DNA from: a virus
Taxonomy: Duplodnaviria > Caudoviricetes
Strand: one strand, 5' to 3'
DNA: 64,000 bases
Virus record (IMG/VR): IMGVR_UViG_3300037878_000134
Span: 16,139 to 80,138 of that record
Shown: positions 9,799 to 17,995 of the stretch, one piece after another
Layout of the letters: each line of letters starts with the position of its first letter
Position numbering within the stretch: position 1 is the stretch's first letter
The notes under the pieces: model-generated
What the model saw: only the letters and a program-made list of their open reading frames with translations
The model's database searches: none
What the model was told of the DNA's origin: nothing
Program-made: the position numbers and the translations under genes

Positions 9799-10173
9799 TT
9801 GAGCACAGCACGCAACATCAAGATGACCGGAGCGCTCATGGCCGAGCCCCCGCAATGCGGAGGGCGCAGTACGACCTTGATGCTCGACTTCGCCGGGCAA
9901 TTCGACCAGTCGGCGGAAGCGGCGATCCACATGTCAGGGACCGATCTGGCTCCCTACGATCTGAACCTCTCCGGTATCACGGCGGTGCAGCTCGTCGGGA
10001 TCACGATCTTGTCGGGCGGCCCACTCGTCCTGCTGCTCGATTCGACCGCCGGGACCGCGCAAGCGGTACCCGTGTCGGAGGAGTTTCTCCTCAGCAACCG
10101 CAACGGCCCTCCCATCACGCGGATTCAGATCGTCGGCACCGCCGATATCGAGGTCATGTTAGCCGGCCATTAG
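9799..10173 (+). CDS. Virion protein, paralog of the N-terminal domain of 5581..6342
   Basis: TTG start after AGGAG; ILSGGPLVLLLDSTAG versus VQSGGPILVLVTSSSG. Confidence 0.6.
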   Translation: MSTARNIKMTGALMAEPPQCGGRSTTLMLDFAGQFDQSAEAAIHMSGTDLAPYDLNLSGITAVQLVGITILSGGPLVLLLDSTAGTAQAVPVSEEFLLSNRNGPPITRIQIVGTADIEVMLAGH

Positions 10174-10194
10174 CGGCAGAAGGAAGTAGTACCC

Positions 10195-10578
10195 ATGTCC
10201 GTCATTCTGCAGGGTCTCGCGAACTACGGCCCCATCGGGATGATTCTGCTGGCGTTCCTGCTGCTGTTCCTGAAGCTGTTCAATCGGATGTTTGACAACT
10301 TGCTCGGGCAGCAGGCCAAGTCCGACAAATTCATGACGAGCTGCCTCGAGGCGCTCCACGAGCTGAAGCGCAACTGCGTACAGTGCCGCAACGATACCGT
10401 CAACGCCGCCCACCAGGCCCAGAAGGCGGCCGAGGAACGGATCCTCTTCGGCCTCAAACAAGAGGCCGACCGGATCATCTTGGACAACCGGCGGGACAAT
10501 GATCTGTCGCGTCCCCACGACATTACGCCGCTGCCGGTGCGGGGATTGCCCGCGCCCGCGAAGCCGAGAGCGAGGTGA
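10195..10578 (+). CDS. Putative holin (single N-terminal TM segment)
   Basis: LANYGPIGMILLAFLLLFLKLF followed by a soluble charged tail; lies between tail genes and the endolysin. Confidence 0.5.
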   Translation: MSVILQGLANYGPIGMILLAFLLLFLKLFNRMFDNLLGQQAKSDKFMTSCLEALHELKRNCVQCRNDTVNAAHQAQKAAEERILFGLKQEADRIILDNRRDNDLSRPHDITPLPVRGLPAPAKPRAR

Positions 10579-11405
10579 TCGGGGTCGCGACATTCCTTGT
10601 GGCGACCGGGTTCTTTCTGGGTGGCTGGGCTTTCGGGGTCTGGCTGTGCAGCAAGCGCCGATGGTGCCCCCTCTATCTGCAGCACGCACTTGATGAATGG
10701 AAGCATCGCCTGGAAGAAGAGAACGCAAAACGCAAGCAAGAGAAAAACGCAAGCAAGAAAGGAAATCAGAGGATGAAGGCTAAACTCAGCAGCATCATCG
10801 CATTCCTCGGGGCTCTGGCCCTGCAAGTCGCGGTCGTCTGGCAGGACGCCAATGCCCCGCTCGCCGACAAGCTGGCCGCCACGTTCGTCTCGGGCCTGGC
10901 GCTCGCCATCACCACAGCCAAGCTGCGAGAGATCGAGCAGGTCTTGATCGCCGGCTGCACAATAGCCGCGACCATCGCGACCGTCATTCTGGCTCACCTC
11001 TCGACTGGGTCGAAGTGGGCCACTATCGGATCGGTGCTGCTCGCCACTATCGTCCAGATCCGCGGTCTGCTGAGCGCGCAAGGCGTGCAACGCCTCGGAC
11101 TGACAGCGCTACTGGGCCTGCTCCTGGGACTGCCCTCGTGCTCGTGGTGGCAGAAGCACAAGAGCGAGATCGACTGCGCGGCCATCGTCTCGGTTCAAGA
11201 TGCGGCGCTACTCGTGACCATCGTGACCCAGTGCGCGGAGATCGCAGTCGATACCTCGGCCATTTTGCCGTGCATTGAGGGCGCCGCTGGCTCCAAGTGG
11301 ACGAGCGACGTTCTCAAATGCTTCTACGCCGCCCAGCAGGGCAAGGCAGCTTGCCCGGCGTACGACAAGATCGCACCTAGCAAGCCGCCTCGGGCCAAGA
11401 AGTAG
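10575..11405 (+). CDS. Multi-TM membrane protein (holin-like) with internal in-frame start at 10773
   Basis: Several hydrophobic segments; second RBS GAGG plus ATG at 10773; internal LGLPSC lipobox-like motif. Confidence 0.55.
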   Translation: MIGVATFLVATGFFLGGWAFGVWLCSKRRWCPLYLQHALDEWKHRLEEENAKRKQEKNASKKGNQRMKAKLSSIIAFLGALALQVAVVWQDANAPLADKLAATFVSGLALAITTAKLREIEQVLIAGCTIAATIATVILAHLSTGSKWATIGSVLLATIVQIRGLLSAQGVQRLGLTALLGLLLGLPSCSWWQKHKSEIDCAAIVSVQDAALLVTIVTQCAEIAVDTSAILPCIEGAAGSKWTSDVLKCFYAAQQGKAACPAYDKIAPSKPPRAKK

Positions 11406-11606
11406 TCAGCATGTGGTGGCACTATGTGCTGGTCGGGACCGCGACGTTTCTCGTCGGCTGCTTTGTCGGACCGGCGATCTTGCGCAGACTGATGTTTTGA
11501 GGAGAGGTCCAGCGCCCGAAACCGAGATCGGCGTGGTGAGCGACGCGGGGGCGGGTCGCTGGACTCGTTTGTGGACTGAGCAACCGTAAAAGCGAAAGGA
11601 ACTCTC

Positions 11607-12431
11607 ATGCTGATAACTCCGCGCTCTCTCGGCTGGAACAAGCCGAAACCGCACCACTACGCTCGCTGTCGCGCCGGCGTCGGAGCCCACGCGCTTTTGC
11701 GGGGGGTCGTACCCAAGACCAAGGTCGACTTGTCGAGTCTTGTTACGATCATCGATCAGGATGGCCTCGGCTCGTGCACAGTCAACAGCACGGCTCAGCT
11801 CGTGCACGCCGCCATGGTGGCCGCCGGGCTCGACCCTTCGACCGAGTTCTTTTCCCGGCTGTTCGCGTACTACTTGGCGCGCGCGGAGGACGGCAATCAG
11901 GCCATCGACGCGGGCTCGCAGAATTGCACGGTCATCGACGCCATCTGCCGGGCGGGCTTCTGCCCCGAGAGCGCGTGGCCTTACGATCCGAACCAGTTCG
12001 CCCAGCTTCCGCCTCCCGAGGCGTGGCGCGAAGCCATCGACCAGCGGGGGAAGATCGATCTCAACTACCACCGCATCGACCAGGGCGTCACCGGAAACGA
12101 TCTCCTCAAGGTCATCTACCAGGCCCTGACCGCCGGGTGCCTGGTCAACTTCGGAACGCCGGTGACCAATAGGTTCTGCTCGGGGGATCTGGGATCGGAG
12201 CCCATCTTGCCACCCAGCGACGGCCGGGACATCGCCGGCGGGCACTCCATGGGCATCTGTGGCTATGATCTGACCGTTGCCAAGCCGTACCTCCGGGTGT
12301 TCAACTCGTGGGGGAAGGACTTTGGCGACAACGGCTTCTGCAACTTCGACCCGACCTACTTCACCTGGTTCGAGACGACGGACATGTGGTGCTGCATAGT
12401 CAGCCCAGTCTACTCGGGAGGTGCAAAGTGA
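11607..12431 (+). CDS. Papain-like cysteine peptidase (family C1A)
   Basis: DQDGLGSCT (catalytic Cys), GGHSMGICGYD (His) and NSWG..FGDNGF (Asn). Confidence 0.9.
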   Translation: MLITPRSLGWNKPKPHHYARCRAGVGAHALLRGVVPKTKVDLSSLVTIIDQDGLGSCTVNSTAQLVHAAMVAAGLDPSTEFFSRLFAYYLARAEDGNQAIDAGSQNCTVIDAICRAGFCPESAWPYDPNQFAQLPPPEAWREAIDQRGKIDLNYHRIDQGVTGNDLLKVIYQALTAGCLVNFGTPVTNRFCSGDLGSEPILPPSDGRDIAGGHSMGICGYDLTVAKPYLRVFNSWGKDFGDNGFCNFDPTYFTWFETTDMWCCIVSPVYSGGAK

Positions 12432-12724
12432 AACGCTTGCTCGTGCTCGTGGTTCTGGCCTGCCTTGGGACGGCCAGCAAGTGCAACCCCACGCCGGCCA
12501 CGCCGGATGCGGCGGCGCCGGCGACCCAGGACACGGCCCCCACGGGAGTCTCGTGCGCGACCGCCTGCGCGCGCGCGGCCGCGCTCCACTGCGACTACGC
12601 GGCGCCCTCGCCCAAGGGCGTGACATGCGAGCAGGTCTGCGAAAATGCCCAGAGCTTCCAGGCTTGGGACTTGGCCTGCCGGACCAAGATCAAGACCTGC
12701 GCCGACGTGCTGGGCTGCCAGTAG
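12428..12724 (+). CDS. Secreted Cys-rich (lipo)protein
   Basis: GTG overlapping the upstream stop; signal peptide MKRLLVLVVLAC; eight Cys in the C-terminal half. Confidence 0.7.
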   Translation: MKRLLVLVVLACLGTASKCNPTPATPDAAAPATQDTAPTGVSCATACARAAALHCDYAAPSPKGVTCEQVCENAQSFQAWDLACRTKIKTCADVLGCQ

Positions 12725-12730
12725 CCCCCG

Positions 12731-12946
12731 ATGAGCCGCCTCGAAGCACTCGCCGAGATGGCCGCGCGCCACGAGCTGACGCACGCCGAGGTGCAAGAGG
12801 CGGTGGGTATTCTGCTGCACGAGATGATCGCTCGGCTCGGCGCCGGAGCGATCCCGATCCCGCGGGGCGATGACGTTCTCACGATCCCGAACGTCATGGG
12901 CGAGCGTGGGAAGCCCCCCAGCAAGCCGCCGGAGGATGAGCCCTGA
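12731..12946 (+). CDS. Hypothetical protein
   Basis: Small ORF packed between neighbours. Confidence 0.45.
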   Translation: MSRLEALAEMAARHELTHAEVQEAVGILLHEMIARLGAGAIPIPRGDDVLTIPNVMGERGKPPSKPPEDEP

Positions 12947-12964
12947 TGGACTGGGCCCACCGGT

Positions 12965-13564
12965 ATGCTAGTCGCAGGGATCACGACGTTCGCCGAGCTC
13001 TGGGCTTCACACCGCAAAGACGTCGAGTCCGTGGTCTGCAGCCTCTTGGGGTACAAGCGCAACCCCGAGAACTTCGCTCACCTGGTGGCGGTTGGCCAGG
13101 AAGCCCTGTGGCAGGCGAGCCTGCGGTTCGTCGAGGAGAAGCAGCGCACCAAGGCGTTCTGGCCCTTCGCCGCCCACCGGGTCCGCGGTGCCGTGCTGGA
13201 CGAGCTGCGCTCCTGGGACCATCTGCCGAGAGACGCGCGGACCAAGCTCAAGCGTGGCGACAATGCGGCCGAGGAGTTCGGCTGGGGGCTCGTCCATCGC
13301 CGCACACTCAGCGCGGCTCACGGCGTCCCGGTGGCGGACAACCCCGAAACCAATGTGGAACGCAAGGAAAGAGGGACGCGTCTGCGCAAGGCGATCGACG
13401 CGCTCTCACCGGCCCAGCGCCGCGTCGCGATCGCGTTTCTGGTCGAGCAGAAGCGCTTGCCGGAAGTGGCCCGTGAGATGGGGGTTTCCACCGTGCGCAT
13501 CTGTCAGATTAGGCAAGCTGCGATGAAGTCGCTCAAAGAGCGCATGCGGGAGGAGGAGCCCTGA
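12965..13564 (+). CDS. Sigma-70 family factor (FliA/WhiG-like)
   Basis: Region 2 (GQEALWQASLRF...FWPFAAHRVRGAVLDELRSWDHLPR) and region 4 HTH (LPEVAREMGVSTVRICQIRQAA). Confidence 0.9.
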   Translation: MLVAGITTFAELWASHRKDVESVVCSLLGYKRNPENFAHLVAVGQEALWQASLRFVEEKQRTKAFWPFAAHRVRGAVLDELRSWDHLPRDARTKLKRGDNAAEEFGWGLVHRRTLSAAHGVPVADNPETNVERKERGTRLRKAIDALSPAQRRVAIAFLVEQKRLPEVAREMGVSTVRICQIRQAAMKSLKERMREEEP

Positions 13565-14142
13565 TGGCCCAGAGCGTGCACCTTTGGATCCCTGGTCCAC
13601 TTCCGGGCCTCAACGAAGTGATCGACGCGGCAAAAGGCTATGGGGGACGAGGCTACGGCTACTCCAAGCTCAAGCGGCAATGGACGAACACGATCGACTT
13701 GCTGGCCCGGGCCGCCAAAGTCCCTTCTTTCAGCCGGGTGCACATGGCCTATCGCTGGGTGGAGCGCAACCAGCGCAGGGATCCGTCAAACGTGGCCTGC
13801 GCGAAAAAGTTCGTGGAAGATGGCCTCGTGGAAGCAGACGTGCTGGCCAACGACGGCTGGAAGCAGATCGCTGGCTTTTCAGACGAATTCGAGGTCGGTC
13901 CAGAGGCCGGCGTCGCGGTCTCGCTCAAGGAGGGTCCATTGATCGCTCAGCTCGTGCGCGAAGGCCACTGCTACCTCGATGTCTACGGCAACCGGGTCTG
14001 TGCGCGCAGCGCCGGAATCTATGTGGACAAGCCCGGCTTCGTTTCGGCCGCCGAAATGGCGGCACTGCTCGATGAGTTGTCCCGCAACCCCAATTGCCGG
14101 AGGGAAGACGCCGATGCTCACGATCACGCTTCAGAAACTTAA
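13564..14142 (+). CDS. RusA-like Holliday junction resolvase with C-terminal extension
   Basis: PLPGLNE...RRDPSN...KFVEDGLV..DVLANDGWKQI pattern. Confidence 0.8.
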   Translation: MAQSVHLWIPGPLPGLNEVIDAAKGYGGRGYGYSKLKRQWTNTIDLLARAAKVPSFSRVHMAYRWVERNQRRDPSNVACAKKFVEDGLVEADVLANDGWKQIAGFSDEFEVGPEAGVAVSLKEGPLIAQLVREGHCYLDVYGNRVCARSAGIYVDKPGFVSAAEMAALLDELSRNPNCRREDADAHDHASET

Positions 14143-14827
14143 CCCGCCGCCGCTCGGCGTCTATGGCCCGGCTGGCAGCCCGCTGCCCGGCCGCATGGCT
14201 TTCTTGCACCCTGATGCCGCAGTCTCCTTCGCCGCGCTGGAAGCCGAGTCCGGAGGGCTCGTCTACAGCGACGTCTACCGAGATGCGATGGGCTCACTGA
14301 CGGCCCACCGGGCGAAGGCCGGCGTGGAGCCCCCTGGCTACAGCGCTCACGGCTACGGCCTGGCGTTCGACCTGGCGGTGGACGAGTCCGTCGAGCGCAG
14401 CGGGAAGTCGTACGAGCAGCTCCTCGCGCTCCTGCAGTCGCATGGCTGGTATTGCTACTGCCGGGATGGGCAGCGGGGCAAGGAGGACTGGCATTTCAAC
14501 TGGCTCGCGGATCGCGCTGCGAATATCATGGTGCAGCTCGAGCTGGACAACCGGCGCACCTGGTGGTTTGCGGCCGAGCAGAACATCTTGGCTCTCTACC
14601 CCGAAGTCGGTCACCGCATGAATCCGATCGAGATTCAGCAGGCACTGGCCGAGCTCGGCCTCTATCGGGGCGCGATCGACGGCAACTTGGGTCCGCTCAG
14701 CACCAGCGCGGCCGTGCACTTTGGCGCGGCCTGGGACACGCCCCCCCGGGGCAACGTGTTCGAGCGCACCCTGCGCTTCGCCGCCGCCAAGGTCGTGATT
14801 GTGGACGTTGCGCCGCCGGTGGCCTGA
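14114..14827 (+). CDS. Endolysin: M15-type (D-Ala-D-Ala) Zn peptidase plus peptidoglycan-binding domain
   Basis: SAHGYGLAFD and EDWHF zinc motifs; QQALAELGLYRGAIDGNLGP PG-binding motif. Confidence 0.85.
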   Translation: MLTITLQKLNPPPLGVYGPAGSPLPGRMAFLHPDAAVSFAALEAESGGLVYSDVYRDAMGSLTAHRAKAGVEPPGYSAHGYGLAFDLAVDESVERSGKSYEQLLALLQSHGWYCYCRDGQRGKEDWHFNWLADRAANIMVQLELDNRRTWWFAAEQNILALYPEVGHRMNPIEIQQALAELGLYRGAIDGNLGPLSTSAAVHFGAAWDTPPRGNVFERTLRFAAAKVVIVDVAPPVA

Positions 14828-15021
14828 TGAGCGAAGATCCGCAGACTGGCAAGCCACCGAAGCCGCTCGGCCGACCGCCCAAGCGCTACCGGCGCGAAGA
14901 GCCGCCCGGCCCGCGGTGCCCTCGCTGCGGCCTGCTGGAGCCCCACGTCTGTCTGTCAGGGACCGGCACCGGCTGGGCTCGCATCGCCAATCCGGATTCG
15001 GCTGGCTTCCGCCGCTCCTAG
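14827..15021 (+). CDS. Small basic protein with GRPPK and CxxC motif
   Basis: ATGA overlap with the endolysin stop; PRCPRCGLLEPHVC. Confidence 0.5.
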   Translation: MSEDPQTGKPPKPLGRPPKRYRREEPPGPRCPRCGLLEPHVCLSGTGTGWARIANPDSAGFRRS

Positions 15022-15175
15022 CCCCGCGAGAGGGGGGATGGGGGAGCATGGGGGAGAGGGATGGGGGAGTAGGGGGCATTCCCCCCCTATACCCCGCCCA
15101 TCCCTGCCTGTGCCGGGCACCGAATTCGGTCGCGCAGTAAATAGACGCGGGTGCTGGCTGCGATAACATGCCAGC

Positions 15176-15580
15176 GTGTCCCCTGACGTTGCCGCCGCGC
15201 TCGCGGAAGAGCTCAACAGGCTGCGCGCCGAGCGCGCGCGCATCGACGTCGAGATCAAGCGATACGAGAAAGCCCTCGCGGCCATCAGGGGGTTGACGGG
15301 CCGCGAACGGTCTGTTACTACTAATGGCATGAGCACAATGGAAGTCGCCTCTCGTCTAGCGCACAGCCGCGCTCGCTCCTCCGATCCCCTGGTCCTCGCA
15401 GCGATCGAGCACCGCTTGACCCTGCAGGCGCTGGCCGGGAAGGTCGGGTGCACCGCCTCGCTGCTCACCCAGGCCCGACGGGGCGGCAGAACGATCTCGC
15501 CGAAGGTGGCGCGCAAGATCGAGGGACTCATCGGTTTTGCGGCCACCCGCGAGAACTGGCCTGGATTACGCACCGAGTAA
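15176..15580 (+). CDS. XRE/Cro-like HTH regulator with N-terminal coiled coil
   Basis: LTLQALAGKVGCTASLLTQARRGGRTISPKVARKIE. Confidence 0.75.
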   Translation: MSPDVAAALAEELNRLRAERARIDVEIKRYEKALAAIRGLTGRERSVTTNGMSTMEVASRLAHSRARSSDPLVLAAIEHRLTLQALAGKVGCTASLLTQARRGGRTISPKVARKIEGLIGFAATRENWPGLRTE

Positions 15581-15585
15581 TTACC

Positions 15586-15608
15586 GTCCCCACAGGGGGC
15601 TTTTTTTT
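15586..15608 (+). terminator. Intrinsic terminator
   Basis: GTCCCC-ACA-GGGGGC stem followed by T8, just after the HTH stop. Confidence 0.75.
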
Positions 15609-15609
15609 C

Positions 15610-15640
15610 GTGCATCCTGTAAATAGTCTGTTAGAATTAA
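15610..15640 (+). promoter_or_regulatory. Extended -10 promoter (TGT-TAGAAT) upstream of an early gene cluster
   Basis: TGnTAGAAT at 15629-15637 in an AT-rich intergenic stretch; similar element at 41365-41373. Confidence 0.55.
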
Positions 15641-15660
15641 CATGTAGGGGGAACAGACAA

Positions 15661-16334
15661 ATGACGCGCCAGCACCAAGCCCAGCTAAAGATGGAACGCG
15701 AGACTGCCGAAGAGCCCGGGCGTGGCTCTCCTCTGCAGCTCACGTCCGCCGCGGCTCGGGAATCCAGCGACGCCTACATGCTGGCGCGTATGGCTGGGGC
15801 CAGCCACGAGGAGTGCGACCGGGTGGCGGCCGCGGTCGCGGCCAAGGCGCAGGAGCGCGAGGAGCGGTTGGGGCGCGGCATCTGCCAGGACTGCTTCAGC
15901 GGCTACGTCCAGATCAACGGTCGTTTCGCACGGTGCGCTCGCTGCCACGGGACCGGGCGCGCGCGTCCCCGACGATTGGAGGAGGTGCTCTGATGCGTTT
16001 TCGTGATTCGCTGACCGAGGAAGTTGCGACCGACCGCACGACCGCGGCCGAAGCTGCCCAGCAGCTCGTCCGCCTGCTGGGCGAGGTCCAGGGCTCCGAG
16101 AACCTAGTGGCGGTGCACGACCTCGGGCCGACCCTGCGCAAGCAGCGCGAGACGGGCTTGCTGCGGGATCTGCGCTGCCACGTGCTGGTCTCGCTGTGCG
16201 CTGTCCATCACTGCGACGTCCGCGAGACCGCGGCGCTCTTGACCATGATCGGCATGGATGCGGACAGACAGGCTGCCTGGTGGGACGGGACCTGGGGGTG
16301 CTACTCCGCCGAGGGGCCGCTGGGGGTAGCATGA
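15661..16334 (+). CDS. Two small early proteins (15661..15993 with a CxxC-CxxC zinc ribbon; 15993..16334 hypothetical)
   Basis: RBS GGGGA and GGAGG; TGATG overlap; CQDCFSG...CARCHGTG. Confidence 0.6.
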
Positions 16335-16366
16335 TGCTCGGATCAACGGAAACTAGGAGGATCACT

Positions 16367-16891
16367 ATGACGACGAAATCTTGGCTGATGTTGATTGTTG
16401 TTGGCCTCGCGGGATGCTCGGACAGCGAGGCGCTGACTCCGCCCGACAGTCTGCCGCCCACCCCGGTGACCGCTAGCCAGACGGACACGGTCACGAGCAC
16501 GGGCACCCCAGCGACCGCTAGTCAGACGATCACGGCTACGGTGACCAGCACGGGCACCCCGGTGCCGCCCCAGCCAGATGCCGGCGCGCCGGCCGACGCG
16601 CGGCCTCCCACTACGAGCCTGGTCACGGCCGTGAACACCGGCCGCGGGACAGGGTCCGGCACGACGGTCGATGCGCGCCCCGACGTCAAGCTGGACGCGA
16701 TGCCGTTGAATCCGAATCACATCTACCCGTGCATAGGGTATCCGCCCGAAGCGCCGACGCGATGGGAGTGCGCTTACGGCATTCCCTGCGGGAGTTGGAG
16801 CACGATCTGCCAGGGCGGCGAAGTGCCTGGCGTTTGGTACCGCAGCGTAGCCGAGGGTCCGATCTGCGCGTGCACGCGCCCCGGAGTTTGA
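16367..16891 (+). CDS. Lipoprotein with Thr/Pro-rich repeats
   Basis: RBS AGGAGG; lipobox LAGC; duplicated TASQT..TVTSTGTP unit; Cys-rich C-terminus. Confidence 0.75.
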   Translation: MTTKSWLMLIVVGLAGCSDSEALTPPDSLPPTPVTASQTDTVTSTGTPATASQTITATVTSTGTPVPPQPDAGAPADARPPTTSLVTAVNTGRGTGSGTTVDARPDVKLDAMPLNPNHIYPCIGYPPEAPTRWECAYGIPCGSWSTICQGGEVPGVWYRSVAEGPICACTRPGV

Positions 16892-16991
16892 GGCGGGTTT
16901 CGCCATGAGGTTTCCGTTGCCCACAGTCCTCCGAAATGACCCCGCCAGACAATACCTACACCCAAGTGACCCGCTGAGAAAGGATGCTCCG

Positions 16992-17993
16992 ATGGCAAAT
17001 GGTGAACCGAACGCATTGACCAAGACCGCAGGGGCCGCACTCGCCACGCCAGACTATGGGATCGACGTTGGCCGCGTGATCGCCATGCGCGCCGCTGTCG
17101 AGGAAGTGGTCGCGAAAGTGCTCCGACGAGGCGAGCACTACGGCGAGATCCCCGGGACGACCAAAGAGGGCGAGCGGCCCAAGATGACTCTGCTCCAGCC
17201 GGGCGCGGAGGTGCTGAGCCAAGTCTTCCGGCTGCGCCCCGAGTACGAAGAGATGGCGCTGATTGAGCGCGAGGACTTCGTGGCGGTGAAAATTCGCTGC
17301 AGGCTCTACCACTCGCTCACGGGCGAGCTGGTGGGCGAGGCGATCGGCTCGGCGAATACCCGCGAGGAAAAGTACGTCGCGCAGACGAGCGCGCGCATCT
17401 GTCCCGCCTGCGGCAAGCCCACGATTTTCAAGAGCAAGGAAGGCGGCTGGTTCTGCTGGGCGAAAAAAAACGGATGCGGCGCCCAATTTCCCGACGGGGA
17501 TAAGCGGATGGTGCAAGACCAAGGCGCGGTCGTCAATTCCGCGAAGGTGTGGGGGTTGTACCACACGCTCGAATCGATCGCGCAGAAGCGGGCTTTCGTG
17601 CGGGCGACCCGCACCGCCACGGCCACGTCGGATCTGTTCACGGACGAGGAGGCAGTTGCCGACGAGGACGAAGAGCGCGGCGCGCCCGGCAAGCAAACGT
17701 CTGTTCGCCGGGCCGAGACGCCGGCGCCAAAGCCGGCCCGAGCCACGCCCGTGCAGATTCGCGATCTGCGCGAGGCACTCGATAGCCTCGAAGTCGGAGT
17801 CAAGGCTGCGGCAGAGCTGAAAAACGGAGAGCGCGAGAAGGTGCTCAACGAAGCGCGACTCGCCTGGATCAATGGGATGTTGATCTCCCACGAGCAGGCA
17901 GCCGTGAAGGCGTTTATCGACTTGACCCCGAACCTGGCCACCCGGCTGACCGAAGCGGCCCGCAATGGCGAGATGCCACCGGCGGGAGGCTGA
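16992..17993 (+). CDS. Putative single-strand annealing/recombination protein with zinc ribbon
   Basis: TLLQPGAEVL...GEAIGSAN...SIAQKRAFVRA pattern; CPACGK..WFCWAKKNGCG; directly upstream of an exonuclease. Confidence 0.65.
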   Translation: MANGEPNALTKTAGAALATPDYGIDVGRVIAMRAAVEEVVAKVLRRGEHYGEIPGTTKEGERPKMTLLQPGAEVLSQVFRLRPEYEEMALIEREDFVAVKIRCRLYHSLTGELVGEAIGSANTREEKYVAQTSARICPACGKPTIFKSKEGGWFCWAKKNGCGAQFPDGDKRMVQDQGAVVNSAKVWGLYHTLESIAQKRAFVRATRTATATSDLFTDEEAVADEDEERGAPGKQTSVRRAETPAPKPARATPVQIRDLREALDSLEVGVKAAAELKNGEREKVLNEARLAWINGMLISHEQAAVKAFIDLTPNLATRLTEAARNGEMPPAGG

Positions 17994-17995
17994 CC

